Both the position numbers and the translations under genes were made by a program. Shown here one piece after another: positions 1 to 10,039 of a DNA stretch of 64,000 nt. Every line of letters starts with the position of its first letter. Within the stretch, counting starts at the first letter, position 1. The stretch covers positions 1 through 64,000 of the IMG/VR virus record IMGVR_UViG_2870282538_000006; one strand, given 5' to 3'. The notes beneath the pieces were generated by a model that saw nothing but the letters and a program-made list of their open reading frames with translations, did not search any database and was not told the origin of the DNA. Source of the stretch: a virus. Its lineage: Duplodnaviria > Caudoviricetes.

Positions 1-198
1 CTACTCTGAAAAGATGATTTCTAGCTCACGCATTTTTTGCATAGTGTTTTTATAACTAATCTCTTTCTGACGTAATCGAACTTTTTCATTATCATCAAGG
101 TTCTGTTCTTTTCGCATTTCAGCGAAATGATTAATACTTCTGTTTAGCCAAACTGAAAGCTCATTCCAGCATTCTTTGTGATCAATAGGATTCTTCAT
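1..198 (-). CDS. hypothetical phage-type protein
   Basis: 65-aa ORF with AGGAGA RBS. Confidence 0.6.
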   Translation of the reverse strand: MKNPIDHKECWNELSVWLNRSINHFAEMRKEQNLDDNEKVRLRQKEISYKNTMQKMRELEIIFSE

Positions 199-210
199 TG
201 CTATGTCTCC

Positions 211-396
211 TTATTTGTCCCGTTTGAATACAACTTCTATATAAGATTCTTCATTTTGCATTTTCTTGCTGACATCGAGCACCTTACCAAAATGATTTTC
301 ATTAATTGCAATAAATGTCCCCTTTTCTTTTGCAATAAGCAGCCTTTCAAATACATATTCATTCCATGCATATGTTTCGGTTACATTTTTACTCAT
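211..396 (-). CDS. hypothetical protein (start MSKNV)
   Basis: Shorter start with GGGAG RBS avoids a long overlap with the upstream gene. Confidence 0.55.
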   Translation of the reverse strand: MSKNVTETYAWNEYVFERLLIAKEKGTFIAINENHFGKVLDVSKKMQNEESYIEVVFKRDK

Positions 397-709
397 ACAA
401 GATCTCTCCCAAAAAGTATTCATAATCTTCATCAGGAATCCATTGGGTATTCTTTGATTGAGTGCAGAATTCTTTAAACTTTTCCACGAGAAAACCTGGA
501 TCAATTTCATAAAGATCTTTATGATAAGGTGTCATAATCCCCACTTGTATTTGAACGGCGTTTGCTACAGGAACAATAACCATTCCGGCACGGTAACCTG
601 TTTTAAGCTCTTCTTCAAATTCTGAATATGTGATTTCTTGCGCTTCATCATTTAAAAAGAATATATTTGATGCGGTTTTAATCTTGCTGAATTGAACTGT
701 ATAACTCAT
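389..709 (-). CDS. hypothetical protein
   Basis: 106-aa ORF, AAGGGA RBS. Confidence 0.6.
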   Translation of the reverse strand: MSYTVQFSKIKTASNIFFLNDEAQEITYSEFEEELKTGYRAGMVIVPVANAVQIQVGIMTPYHKDLYEIDPGFLVEKFKEFCTQSKNTQWIPDEDYEYFLGEILYE

Positions 710-749
710 TAATTCCCTTCTTTCAATTTATTTGCTGCAAATCATTTGA

Positions 750-974
750 TTATTGATGAACAATTGATTCCTTTAAAAACTCTCGGACAACTTGATTATT
801 TAAATCCCTTAGCCATCTGACATATGCCATATTCTCAACACCATATGCGCCGCTTCGCTTAGATACGGGTACCTCCTTTTCAAATTGCCTCCATAGTTTT
901 ATGTGCTCTTCAGGATGGGCTTGAGCGAATGTATTAGTAATAAAAATAGCTTTAGCTGATGCTTCCATTGACAT
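750..974 (-). CDS. hypothetical protein
   Basis: 74-aa ORF, AAGGAG RBS. Confidence 0.6.
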   Translation of the reverse strand: MSMEASAKAIFITNTFAQAHPEEHIKLWRQFEKEVPVSKRSGAYGVENMAYVRWLRDLNNQVVREFLKESIVHQ

Positions 975-987
975 TTTAAAAACTCCT

Positions 988-1206
988 TTAGAATAAAGTT
1001 AATTGATCTGGGTGAGGAAGTGGCCAATACTCAATAAGCTTTTGTTCTTGTACAAAAAACTCTTTGTCTTCTGAAATATATATTCCATCTTGTAATGGGA
1101 CACTTGATTGAATAGGTAGTCCATGCAGCTGAGATAAATCAAAATCTTCCCCATTGATGTCCTTTATTAGAGTAGCATTCATTAAATCGTCTCCTATTAT
1201 GGGCAA
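988..1206 (-). CDS. small protein ending in clamp-binding-like motif QLTLF
   Basis: C-terminus DQLTLF; directly downstream of dnaN; true start probably MNATL. Confidence 0.6.
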   Translation of the reverse strand: MPIIGDDLMNATLIKDINGEDFDLSQLHGLPIQSSVPLQDGIYISEDKEFFVQEQKLIEYWPLPHPDQLTLF

Positions 1207-1244
1207 CGCACAACTAGCTCACGTTGCCCTCTATTAATCTTTAT

Positions 1245-2585
1245 TTATTGAATTTCTTTAAATTCTTCTTCAAAAGGATTAAATTCGAATTCAGGGATGC
1301 CCTTGAAATTTTCGATTTCAACATCTTTGTTATAATCAATTTGGTTGGTCCGAACTGGAACAAAAAGTTCTAGGCATTCTTCATTCCCATTGTCTAGCAT
1401 CCCAATAAACGGTCTCATCCCAACAGGCTTTTCAGGTGATGAAGGAGAGAAAATAAATTTCACTTGATCCTCATCCCCATAATGAGCCAAAGCATCTTGG
1501 AGGTATCTTACGTTAACAGCAATGATTACATCCTCCCCTGCCCCATTGACAGTCGAGAGATCTTCTTCAAATGCTCCGACTTCCGCTTCTCGTGTATTGG
1601 CCCGAAGTTGATTCAATCCAGGTTTAATTCTAATAATAATTGGCTGATCAGAATTATATACTGTGGAGTTGTTTAACAGCGTCTTGAACATTCCAGCATT
1701 AATTGCAATGGAACTGCCAGCTTGTTCTGATTTAAAAAGCAGTACATCGGTATTAGGATAATTACCGTCTAGAATTCTTCCGTAAATCTTTGCATCGTCA
1801 AATTCATATACAATTTGATTGCTGTAGAAATGCACCTGTACTTCCATCTCAGTATCAGATAGATGTTTAAGAGCTTCGGTCATAACTGGAGCTGGAACAG
1901 TAACTTTTACATCTGGGTATTCATTGTCCAATTCATATGCAAATTGAGCTAATCTGTGTGAATCTGTTGCGACACATTTAAGCTGCTTTCCATTTAAAAT
2001 ATGGTGGCCCCCTGTAAGAATAGGACGAGTCTCATTAGCAGCACATGCATAGATCGTTCTTGAATACATGACTCGTAGCATATCAGGATGGATAGATATT
2101 GTTGCTTCCTTTTCTTCTAAATTTGGAGTGTTTGGAAACTCCGATCCATCAATGCCATTTAAATTAAACTCGGGCCGGCCAGACTTAATCACGGCAATAT
2201 TAGATTCAATTCGGAATTCTGAATTCTTTGCTTTGAGTCGCTTTACTATTGGAACAAGCTTATCAGCAGGGAAACAGATTGAACCTGGGTTACCGCTTGT
2301 GATTTTGAAATTAGATTGCTCTTCGTTTTGTGAAACCGTTGCCTCAGTTAAGAATTCGTTATTGATTGCTCTAAAAGTGAGCTTGTTTTCTTTGATGTCA
2401 ATAAAAATGAATTTAAAAATATCTTGAACGGCTTTCTTTGAGACCGAGCGTTCGACTTTCCCAATAGCCTTCTTCAATGTTTCTGTTTGAATCGCAATAG
2501 TCACAGTGGTTTTTAATTCATTTTCGACCTCTTCATCAATTTTCTCTACATCAACGTTTTCTATGTCTAAAACCGCGTTGGCCAT
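1245..2585 (-). CDS. dnaN: DNA polymerase III beta sliding clamp
   Basis: ETRPILTG, VATDSHRL and DGNYP motifs. Confidence 0.9.
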   Translation of the reverse strand: MANAVLDIENVDVEKIDEEVENELKTTVTIAIQTETLKKAIGKVERSVSKKAVQDIFKFIFIDIKENKLTFRAINNEFLTEATVSQNEEQSNFKITSGNPGSICFPADKLVPIVKRLKAKNSEFRIESNIAVIKSGRPEFNLNGIDGSEFPNTPNLEEKEATISIHPDMLRVMYSRTIYACAANETRPILTGGHHILNGKQLKCVATDSHRLAQFAYELDNEYPDVKVTVPAPVMTEALKHLSDTEMEVQVHFYSNQIVYEFDDAKIYGRILDGNYPNTDVLLFKSEQAGSSIAINAGMFKTLLNNSTVYNSDQPIIIRIKPGLNQLRANTREAEVGAFEEDLSTVNGAGEDVIIAVNVRYLQDALAHYGDEDQVKFIFSPSSPEKPVGMRPFIGMLDNGNEECLELFVPVRTNQIDYNKDVEIENFKGIPEFEFNPFEEEFKEIQ

Positions 2586-2611
2586 ATAAATGTCCTCCTC
2601 AAATTACCTTT

Positions 2612-3232
2612 TTAGTTATCGAACCAGAATACTAAGCGAATATCGTCTTGTCTAATTTGCAGGTATGGATATTCACTATCTTTTAAGAAACTTTTCAATT
2701 TTTCTATGGTTGTCATAAAAAAATGATTGTGTATCTCCCGAAAAGTCGTTTTATAAGTGACTTTTACTCCTATCCTGCTAGGTTTAATCGAAACAATCTT
2801 ATCTCCATATTCCTCAATGGCAAGCTCTTTAGAATCAGCAAAGTCGACCGCTTCAATCTCCTCATCCCACTTATACTGTAATATCTCTTTAAGAGTTAAG
2901 TAAGAATGAGAATGTCCGTCACTTGCAAAAATGTCGCTCTCATCTTTTATATCCTTGCAAACATCTTCAGGTAGACCTTTTGGTAAGCTTATGGGCTTGA
3001 GTCCTCTATTATTTCGAACGCCAGCTAGTATGGCAAAAAGATCATAATTACGGCCTTTATAAATGGAATCATCGTAATCAACATGAAACCTTTTTTCATA
3101 ATCCTCTGGATATAAAATATGGTCCTCGTTTACAGTCCATTTATCAGCACTAACCCATACACCATTCCTTCTGTTTGTATCTTGATACGGATACCTTTTG
3201 ACTTCTACAAAAGCATGGATATCGCAACCCAC
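2612..3232 (-). CDS. conserved phage protein (MGCDIH...VFWFDN type)
   Basis: Terminal motifs typical of a widespread phage hypothetical family; GGAGG RBS. Confidence 0.7.
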   Translation of the reverse strand: MGCDIHAFVEVKRYPYQDTNRRNGVWVSADKWTVNEDHILYPEDYEKRFHVDYDDSIYKGRNYDLFAILAGVRNNRGLKPISLPKGLPEDVCKDIKDESDIFASDGHSHSYLTLKEILQYKWDEEIEAVDFADSKELAIEEYGDKIVSIKPSRIGVKVTYKTTFREIHNHFFMTTIEKLKSFLKDSEYPYLQIRQDDIRLVFWFDN

Positions 3233-3255
3233 TTTAGATCCCTCCTCTTAATTTT

Positions 3256-3633
3256 TCACTTAACCTCATTCCATTGGTGGCAAAGATATTCCCAACAACT
3301 TTTTAAATACTGTTCGATTTCTGGCATCTCATCTTTTGTTATATTTTCAATCAAGACAGGAATGAACCGTCCTTTTCTTTGGTGCATCATATATAGTTTG
3401 AGATAGAATTTGTTCTTTATTTCCTTGCCATTTTCATCTAATGGATGGGCAATATCATAACGAAAGCAATGATTATAATCGTGGTCGATTTCTCCACTGC
3501 TCATAAACCACTTCTCTTTAAAGTCATTCCAAGTTTCATGTATTGCTCTTCCGAAATTTTCGCCATTCATATTGCTAACATAGAAATTGGAATCCGAACA
3601 ATAATAATGATGATTAGTCTTTTTTAATTCCAA
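3256..3633 (-). CDS. hypothetical phage protein
   Basis: 125 aa, GAGAGG RBS. Confidence 0.65.
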   Translation of the reverse strand: MELKKTNHHYYCSDSNFYVSNMNGENFGRAIHETWNDFKEKWFMSSGEIDHDYNHCFRYDIAHPLDENGKEIKNKFYLKLYMMHQRKGRFIPVLIENITKDEMPEIEQYLKSCWEYLCHQWNEVK

Positions 3634-3746
3634 TATTACCTCTCCTTTGGCTTCAAGATTTTTCGCATTCTACAAGGTCTTTGTACCTTTGATGTATTCT
3701 CCAATATTTAAAATGGAATACCCTACAAAATAACTCTTTCATTTGC

Positions 3747-4031
3747 TCACTTTCCCAACGATGATACAAAGTCTTTTATTTTGTCTTTATTCTGATCAAG
3801 CCATTCGATAGCGCTATTTAGTCCTCTTTTGTCAGCTGCTTTCTCCCACCATTGATCAAGAACCTTTTCTTCTGTTAGATCAAATTCAAGAATAAGGTGC
3901 TCGTAGTGAAACAATAGCAATGTTGGATTGAACCTTGCGCCATTTAAGTATGCTCTCCATTTCTTTCTTAAAGGTTTTTTCTTTTGAACAAACCTTGTTA
4001 AACAGTCGTCTATTTGTTTCATGATAGCCAT
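3747..4031 (-). CDS. hypothetical protein
   Basis: 94 aa, AGGAGG RBS. Confidence 0.65.
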   Translation of the reverse strand: MAIMKQIDDCLTRFVQKKKPLRKKWRAYLNGARFNPTLLLFHYEHLILEFDLTEEKVLDQWWEKAADKRGLNSAIEWLDQNKDKIKDFVSSLGK

Positions 4032-4066
4032 TAACTATCGCCTCCTTAAAGGAGAGGAAAGACCTT

Positions 4067-7000
4067 TTAGACAGCAAAAAGGTCTAATTCCTGTTGTCCT
4101 TCAATAATCTTTTTCTTTTTGGATATCCCTTTGTTATAGGCGTCAACATCTTCAACTGTTTTAATAACTTGATCAAACATATCCATATATTCTGAAACAG
4201 CTTTCTTTGTTTGCTTCACCTGTTCTTTTGTTACCCTTCCAGCTTTCTCTTCTTCTTCCATGTGAGTAATGAGACCTTCGGCAATCTTGCGGACAGTCTC
4301 CATTCCACCCTCAATTGGGTTCATTACATAACCATCATAATCTTGAAATTCAACTGTTTGCATTTCCTCAAAAGACTGATTCTTACGAGCAAACATGTCA
4401 TGAACTGTTTCAAGGTCCTCTAATACTTCATCTTTCATAAGCTGTTTAGCAAGAGCATTCATACCATCGGAGCTATCGGCCATAGCACGGAGCCCCTCTT
4501 CTGAGAACTTACCTTGCATTGCCATAGCAGCATCAATTTTTCTTGCGATATGTTGCAGGGACTTTTCTTGAATTGTGTCACGGTAGACATAAGTGTAAAC
4601 TTTAACGTCATTTGTTTGCTTCAGTCTCCAGGAGCGACGAGAAGCTTGCATGTAGTCATAAGTTGAATAATCGATTTGGAAGAAATGAATATTTGGGAAA
4701 GCAAGTAGGTCCAATCCCACTTTTACTAATCGTGGATTGGTAATCAAGATGTCCCAATCATGTTTTTCCATCATTTTGTTAAGCCATTCTTCACGTTGCC
4801 GTGAATTTCTTGGCATTTTGATGCCATCATGGCTGCCCCCATTACGTAAAATTCCAACTTTATATCCTAATGACTTTAACTTTTCATACAGATAAATATC
4901 GACCTGATTGAACGCCTGTTTCCCAGTGTATTTGACATACACCAAGTTTTTACGGCCATGTTGATAGATTTCTTCATCCAAGGTTCTAATCAGTTGCTCG
5001 ACTTTTTGCGGCGTATATTCATTAATATCATAGTTGTGAGGAATACCAAGTATATGCTCTACTCCACTTTGATCATGAGCAGTTACCTGTGACATATTAA
5101 ATGGCATGTCTGCATATTGGTACATCACATTCATAAAGATTGAAATACTGTTCATTCCGCCAAGCCCAGGAGTTGATCGCATTGTACTCATGATGTCATG
5201 TCCTATCTCTCGGTAATGTTGTGCATGTTCTTCATCCATGTCTACAACTACAGGAATTTCTTGATAAGGAGGTAGAGCATAGCCCATATCATTTAATTCA
5301 AGGAATGCACAATTACCCATTAAATGAAGTGGGAATAAATGTGGAGAGATCCCTGGCTTTTGACTTGAATTTTTTCTCAACACTCCGTTGTTACCACGTG
5401 TGTTATGCTCACTAATTCCATATCTATTGTTAAATACCGATTCATCTTTATATGTGATACCCTCTTTTAATAATGCTTTAGGGTTTAGTCTTGCAAGCAA
5501 ATAGAAAATATCACGAGACATGCCACCCATAAGTGTTCCAGTTAAGAGAATTTGTTTTTCTGTATGATTCACAAGTTGGCCAAAGGCACGACCTGTAGAG
5601 GAATCTCCACTTTTGTATTCATGAACTTCATCTGCAATCAAGTATTTAAAGAACCCTCTAGGCAGCTGTTTGTTAATGTACCATGCAGGTGAAACCTTTC
5701 GATATCCAGAGTCCGGCGGAAGCTTTTCAGGCTGCCATAAAACAAAACCGCATTTTTGTTCAGTTTTAGCCGGTACATAACGGCCAGATGTTTTATCCTT
5801 TTTCCAATCTTGAATTTCTTCTTTTGGAAGATATTTTGTTTCAACTTCATTTGTGCAAATGTAGTTCTCTTGAGAAATTTTCTTCACGAATTTCTTGGAT
5901 GATCTATTATACGTTTCAAAGAAATGCGTTTCAGACATGTCGCCGCCTCGTTTCGTCAGCGGACCTCCGCACTTAGGACAATAATATCCTGTATCGCCGT
6001 TTACATAAAAGGTTTCATATTGTCCACTTCCATAATTCATTCTATTTTGTTCTAGAAGACGGATGCGATGCTCAGGTGCTGGGACTCTATGAAAAGAATT
6101 ACCTCTGCGAACTGTTCTGATCTGACTTTCATCAAGGTTATCTACAGTTTCAAATGAGATATCCTCTTTGTTTGTACGCCAATCTTTGATAGGTTCCAAT
6201 GGAAAAGTAAATTTTGGCGCTTCTGAACTCATAATGTAATACTCCCATTTGTCAGGCTTCCTATACTTTACTTTTCCTTTGTCATCAATATATTGGTACT
6301 TGTCCTGAATCTCTTTAACATCTAACCAATGCGTGATTTGATATGTCTCACAATTTGGGATTCTCTCTTTAATTTCTCTTGCCCATTTTTCAACCATAAT
6401 AGCAGGAGACATAACAATTACACGCTGCGGCTTTGGATTATTGTTAACGTTTTGAAGCATTGCTTCAGTAAGATAAGGGATGCCTGCACCTTGTGGTGTT
6501 TTCCCTGTTCCCATTTCGCCAATTAAGAAGCAGAAGTTATCTTCTTTAAGAGTTTCTGATACCCCCATCATTGTGTTTGCCTGTGGCGGATAATATCCTG
6601 TAATGCCATTGGTGTTTGCTTGAAGGTTAAGATCTCTAAATGCAGGATGGTGCGTATCTTTATCTGGATCAAACCGTAAAGCAATGTTTTCTTGGATGCG
6701 AGCGCCTAATTCGCCGGCAAAGTGAGTTAAATAGTCGTCAATTGTGCGGCACTTTGGTAAAACTGCCTCACTTTCATCACGGCCATCTTCCTCGATCGCA
6801 AAATCTAATTCAAGACCCTCGATCCCTTCTGTAATGATTTCTTCTAGTTGTTCCTCAGTAATTCGAAGTAGACCTGCTTCTAATTGATATTCTCCTCCAA
6901 AGACCATTACATTTAACGGTTCATAATAAGATTGGTCGATTAATGATTCAACAATATAGTCAGCCCATTCTTCAAGCATTGGAGTGTTGTATCTGTCATT

Positions 7001-7483
7001 TAGAACTTCAAAGACTTGTTTCTTATAGTCGCCGTCCCATGCCAATATTAGTTCAGCCAAATGCTCGGGCAGCACTCGCTGAGAAGAGCCTTCTGCAAGA
7101 CGACGATTTTCTGCTGCTTGCCATTCATTACGTGCTTTTAAATCGGGCTTTGCATTCTTTGCAATGATCAGCATTTGGGTCATATCATCAATTTTTATTG
7201 TTTCCTCATCATATGCATTTTTACGAGTGTTGATTGAGTAAACATTTTGAGCAAAGTGTTCATTTTCATAGCGATCCCCTTCAGCTCGATAAATTTCTCC
7301 CGCTTTTCCTTCTTGCATATTCATGGCGAGCAATTTAACTTTCGTATCAGATCCAATCACATTTGCAAGATAAATATTTTTGGAATCATCAAGCACAATG
7401 AGGTCGCAATAAGCTTCAGCTGCACCCGCTCCGCGGTTAAACATTTGCAATGTATAAATTTCATCACTTGTAAAGCTCGGCAT
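4067..7483 (-). CDS. large SF2/SNF2-like helicase with Zn-ribbon insert
   Basis: GEMGTGKT, DEVH, LTGT and QASRRSWR motifs; CPKC insert. Confidence 0.85.
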   Translation of the reverse strand: MPSFTSDEIYTLQMFNRGAGAAEAYCDLIVLDDSKNIYLANVIGSDTKVKLLAMNMQEGKAGEIYRAEGDRYENEHFAQNVYSINTRKNAYDEETIKIDDMTQMLIIAKNAKPDLKARNEWQAAENRRLAEGSSQRVLPEHLAELILAWDGDYKKQVFEVLNDRYNTPMLEEWADYIVESLIDQSYYEPLNVMVFGGEYQLEAGLLRITEEQLEEIITEGIEGLELDFAIEEDGRDESEAVLPKCRTIDDYLTHFAGELGARIQENIALRFDPDKDTHHPAFRDLNLQANTNGITGYYPPQANTMMGVSETLKEDNFCFLIGEMGTGKTPQGAGIPYLTEAMLQNVNNNPKPQRVIVMSPAIMVEKWAREIKERIPNCETYQITHWLDVKEIQDKYQYIDDKGKVKYRKPDKWEYYIMSSEAPKFTFPLEPIKDWRTNKEDISFETVDNLDESQIRTVRRGNSFHRVPAPEHRIRLLEQNRMNYGSGQYETFYVNGDTGYYCPKCGGPLTKRGGDMSETHFFETYNRSSKKFVKKISQENYICTNEVETKYLPKEEIQDWKKDKTSGRYVPAKTEQKCGFVLWQPEKLPPDSGYRKVSPAWYINKQLPRGFFKYLIADEVHEYKSGDSSTGRAFGQLVNHTEKQILLTGTLMGGMSRDIFYLLARLNPKALLKEGITYKDESVFNNRYGISEHNTRGNNGVLRKNSSQKPGISPHLFPLHLMGNCAFLELNDMGYALPPYQEIPVVVDMDEEHAQHYREIGHDIMSTMRSTPGLGGMNSISIFMNVMYQYADMPFNMSQVTAHDQSGVEHILGIPHNYDINEYTPQKVEQLIRTLDEEIYQHGRKNLVYVKYTGKQAFNQVDIYLYEKLKSLGYKVGILRNGGSHDGIKMPRNSRQREEWLNKMMEKHDWDILITNPRLVKVGLDLLAFPNIHFFQIDYSTYDYMQASRRSWRLKQTNDVKVYTYVYRDTIQEKSLQHIARKIDAAMAMQGKFSEEGLRAMADSSDGMNALAKQLMKDEVLEDLETVHDMFARKNQSFEEMQTVEFQDYDGYVMNPIEGGMETVRKIAEGLITHMEEEEKAGRVTKEQVKQTKKAVSEYMDMFDQVIKTVEDVDAYNKGISKKKKIIEGQQELDLFAV

Positions 7484-7512
7484 TTATCCTTTCACCTCTT
7501 TTTTTATATCCC

Positions 7513-8901
7513 TTACATGATCTTTCTAAATTGTCCTTGTCCGTTCAATAGTTTAACTCCGATATTATAATATTCACGCTCAACAACTTTTATATTTCCT
7601 TCATCATCTGTTTCAGAAAACTCACGAACATCTTTAATGGCACTTCCTTTTACCAAGTGCTGATCAGGTCCTGTTCCGATATATCCATTCAAGAAACCTG
7701 ACGTTAAAAGGAGCATAATATGGCCTTTATGAAGAGGTGTAGGAGTTACAGGCTCTTTGTTTGTTAGAACCTGTGAATACTTTTCACGATAGCTGTCAAT
7801 CAACTTTGATTTTTTCATTGTGATCAAAGCTTCACTGCCGGTGATTGGTCCTACACGAAATGAGACAATGCTTTCAGGATCTGATTCTGGCACAATATAG
7901 CTCGGCTCAACTTGAGGCTCGATAACTTCATATATGGCGTCAACCTTAGATAGAAATACTTGCCTATCATATTTTTCGGGTTCATTGTCTTTTGAAGCTG
8001 TTATTTCTCTAATTTTCCCGAAAGATTGATACGGTCGTTCTTTGGTCCGGCCAATTGCTTTCGCCAATTCATATTCATCACGAGTAGGCTTTTTTCTTTT
8101 TTTGGCCAGAATGATGCATTTTCGGGATTGCAAATACTCATCATCTTCAAGACGGATAATTTTGATGTCTTCATATTGGTTAACGAGTTTAAAAGAAATA
8201 GTTTCATCAATTAAATCTTTTAAAGTTACCATCACTAAAATTCCACCAGGGCGAAGATATGTAGTTGCTCTTTGCAATAAGAAGCCATCAAAGCGCATTG
8301 GTTGCATTTTCTTTTGCTGTTCTTTTATTGCCATTCTCCAGGCTTTAACTCTCTTCTTTAGTTCTGAATTAATTTGTTTATTAATTCTTTCTTGCTTTTC
8401 TTCTTTCGACTCTTCAACAGAGTCTTTATTGTTCTCTTCTAATGCACTGAAATCGATCTGCTGCTTCATTTGCTCTTTTAAGCGCTGTCTCTCCTCTTCT
8501 TGCCTTAAAACCATTTCTTCCACTTCTTCTTTAAAGTTCGGCATCTTATAGGGATCTATCGTTTCAAACAATTCATCAGCAATTCGAGAATCAATTTGAG
8601 GATTCACAACCATTAGAGAAAATGCATCATTCGTAATTTTAGCTTCAGACCGATAGCTGGACTCTGATACTTTATGAAACCCTGAGTGGCGCATTCGCTC
8701 ACAATCTCGTTTAGAATCTGAAACACCATACAAAAATGGTTGATCTGCATTTTGTGTTAGAGTTTTTAAAAATAATCCGTTTCCTGCATTCCAATCTAAA
8801 GCTGTTATCTTTTGCTTTTCTGGAAATCCCAAATACATTTTAAGCAGTTTGGTTGTAAACTGACTAAGGGGTTGATTCACAACAATCTCATTTCCGTACA
8901 T
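7513..8901 (-). CDS. class I SAM methyltransferase-like protein (DUF6094-like), degenerate motif IV
   Basis: LDWNAGNG, NPQI and YLRPGGILV; paired with the helicase. Confidence 0.65.
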   Translation of the reverse strand: MYGNEIVVNQPLSQFTTKLLKMYLGFPEKQKITALDWNAGNGLFLKTLTQNADQPFLYGVSDSKRDCERMRHSGFHKVSESSYRSEAKITNDAFSLMVVNPQIDSRIADELFETIDPYKMPNFKEEVEEMVLRQEEERQRLKEQMKQQIDFSALEENNKDSVEESKEEKQERINKQINSELKKRVKAWRMAIKEQQKKMQPMRFDGFLLQRATTYLRPGGILVMVTLKDLIDETISFKLVNQYEDIKIIRLEDDEYLQSRKCIILAKKRKKPTRDEYELAKAIGRTKERPYQSFGKIREITASKDNEPEKYDRQVFLSKVDAIYEVIEPQVEPSYIVPESDPESIVSFRVGPITGSEALITMKKSKLIDSYREKYSQVLTNKEPVTPTPLHKGHIMLLLTSGFLNGYIGTGPDQHLVKGSAIKDVREFSETDDEGNIKVVEREYYNIGVKLLNGQGQFRKIM

Positions 8902-8926
8902 TTGTTTTCTCCTTTCTAATCTAAGC

Positions 8927-9364
8927 TTATTGTATATACTCGATGTGATTCTTTAAATCATTGTATACAATGTCTATAATTTCAGAGGGAACTCCTTCAC
9001 TTAAAAAACCAAGCACACTCCCTAATTTACGGCCATGATATGTCTTTGTATCCTTCCACTTGTCGGAGGTTACACTTTCAATAGGTTCACATTCTGTTAC
9101 AAGAAAAGGAGCAGGTTCACTTAATTTATAATTGTTAAAGGAAGACCCATCAGGTCTCATTATTCTTTTAGATGCTTCAAATCTGATCAATACACGATAC
9201 CATTTATCATTTATTTCAATTCGTTTATTCAGTATTGTGAATTTGGAATTTGTTCGATTATCTCTATACCAACCGTTTCTTTTCAAGTGGTGAAACGATT
9301 TTTCACTGACAAGATTAACATTTACAGGAACTCTATTGTAAAGGTAAGCCGCAGCTAACTCCAT
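8927..9364 (-). CDS. hypothetical protein
   Basis: 145 aa, GAGGAG RBS. Confidence 0.65.
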   Translation of the reverse strand: MELAAAYLYNRVPVNVNLVSEKSFHHLKRNGWYRDNRTNSKFTILNKRIEINDKWYRVLIRFEASKRIMRPDGSSFNNYKLSEPAPFLVTECEPIESVTSDKWKDTKTYHGRKLGSVLGFLSEGVPSEIIDIVYNDLKNHIEYIQ

Positions 9365-9385
9365 TCTCTTTTCTCCTCTCTTGAA

Positions 9386-9399
9386 TGTAATGCATTACA
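9386..9399. promoter_or_regulatory. operator palindrome TGTAATGCATTACA
   Basis: Perfect 14-bp palindrome next to a minus-strand TGnTATAAT; recurs at 6 other upstream sites. Confidence 0.7.
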
Positions 9400-9427
9400 A
9401 TTATAACACATGAAATAGCAAAACAAA

Positions 9428-9457
9428 GAAAAAACTTACGGAAAACTCCGTAAGCTT
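9428..9457 (-). terminator. intrinsic terminator
   Basis: CTTACGGA-N4-TCCGTAAG stem plus U tract. Confidence 0.7.
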
Positions 9458-9943
9458 TTAAATTCCTTTTAATTTCTTTTGTATATCTTCTCTTAAGGCT
9501 TGCTGTGACTCATAACCGATCGGGTTGATTCCTAAATCATAAAAAAGAACTTCCAAAGCCATTTCAGTCACTTGGGACTTGTGAATGGCTACCCCTCCAT
9601 TAAACTGATTTTCAGTTGAGAAGTTTTTAAGCCACTTGAAAATTTCTTTATTGTAGCAATCAAAGTTAGATTTAACTGGCTTTAAACCGTAATGTTCAAA
9701 AGGAACATCGTCACGAGCAATCTGTTTTAATTTTGTTGGAATATCTTTTTTGATTGTTGCAGTAGATGCAGCAGGTGCAGAAGGCTTATTGATAGCCGGT
9801 TTAGGTTCTTGTTCTTGCACTGCTGTTTGAACAGTTGGCTGTGGCTGAGAAGGTTCTTCTCTATGTACTCTTGTTTTAACGGGTGGTGTATATTTTGTTT
9901 GTGCCTGAGAATGCGCTTGTTTCATTTTATCTCTAACACCCAT
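9458..9943 (-). CDS. hypothetical protein, disordered N-terminus, possible C-terminal ribbon-helix-helix-like domain
   Basis: P/Q/A-rich N-terminus; C-terminal KSQVTEMALE helix. Confidence 0.55.
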   Translation of the reverse strand: MGVRDKMKQAHSQAQTKYTPPVKTRVHREEPSQPQPTVQTAVQEQEPKPAINKPSAPAASTATIKKDIPTKLKQIARDDVPFEHYGLKPVKSNFDCYNKEIFKWLKNFSTENQFNGGVAIHKSQVTEMALEVLFYDLGINPIGYESQQALREDIQKKLKGI

Positions 9944-10039
9944 AAAAATTCCCTCCTGCATATTTTGGTAGGTTTAGTATACCAGATTAAATGCATGAAG
10001 GGAATTTTCATATGAAAATACGAAATATTTTTTTCTGAC

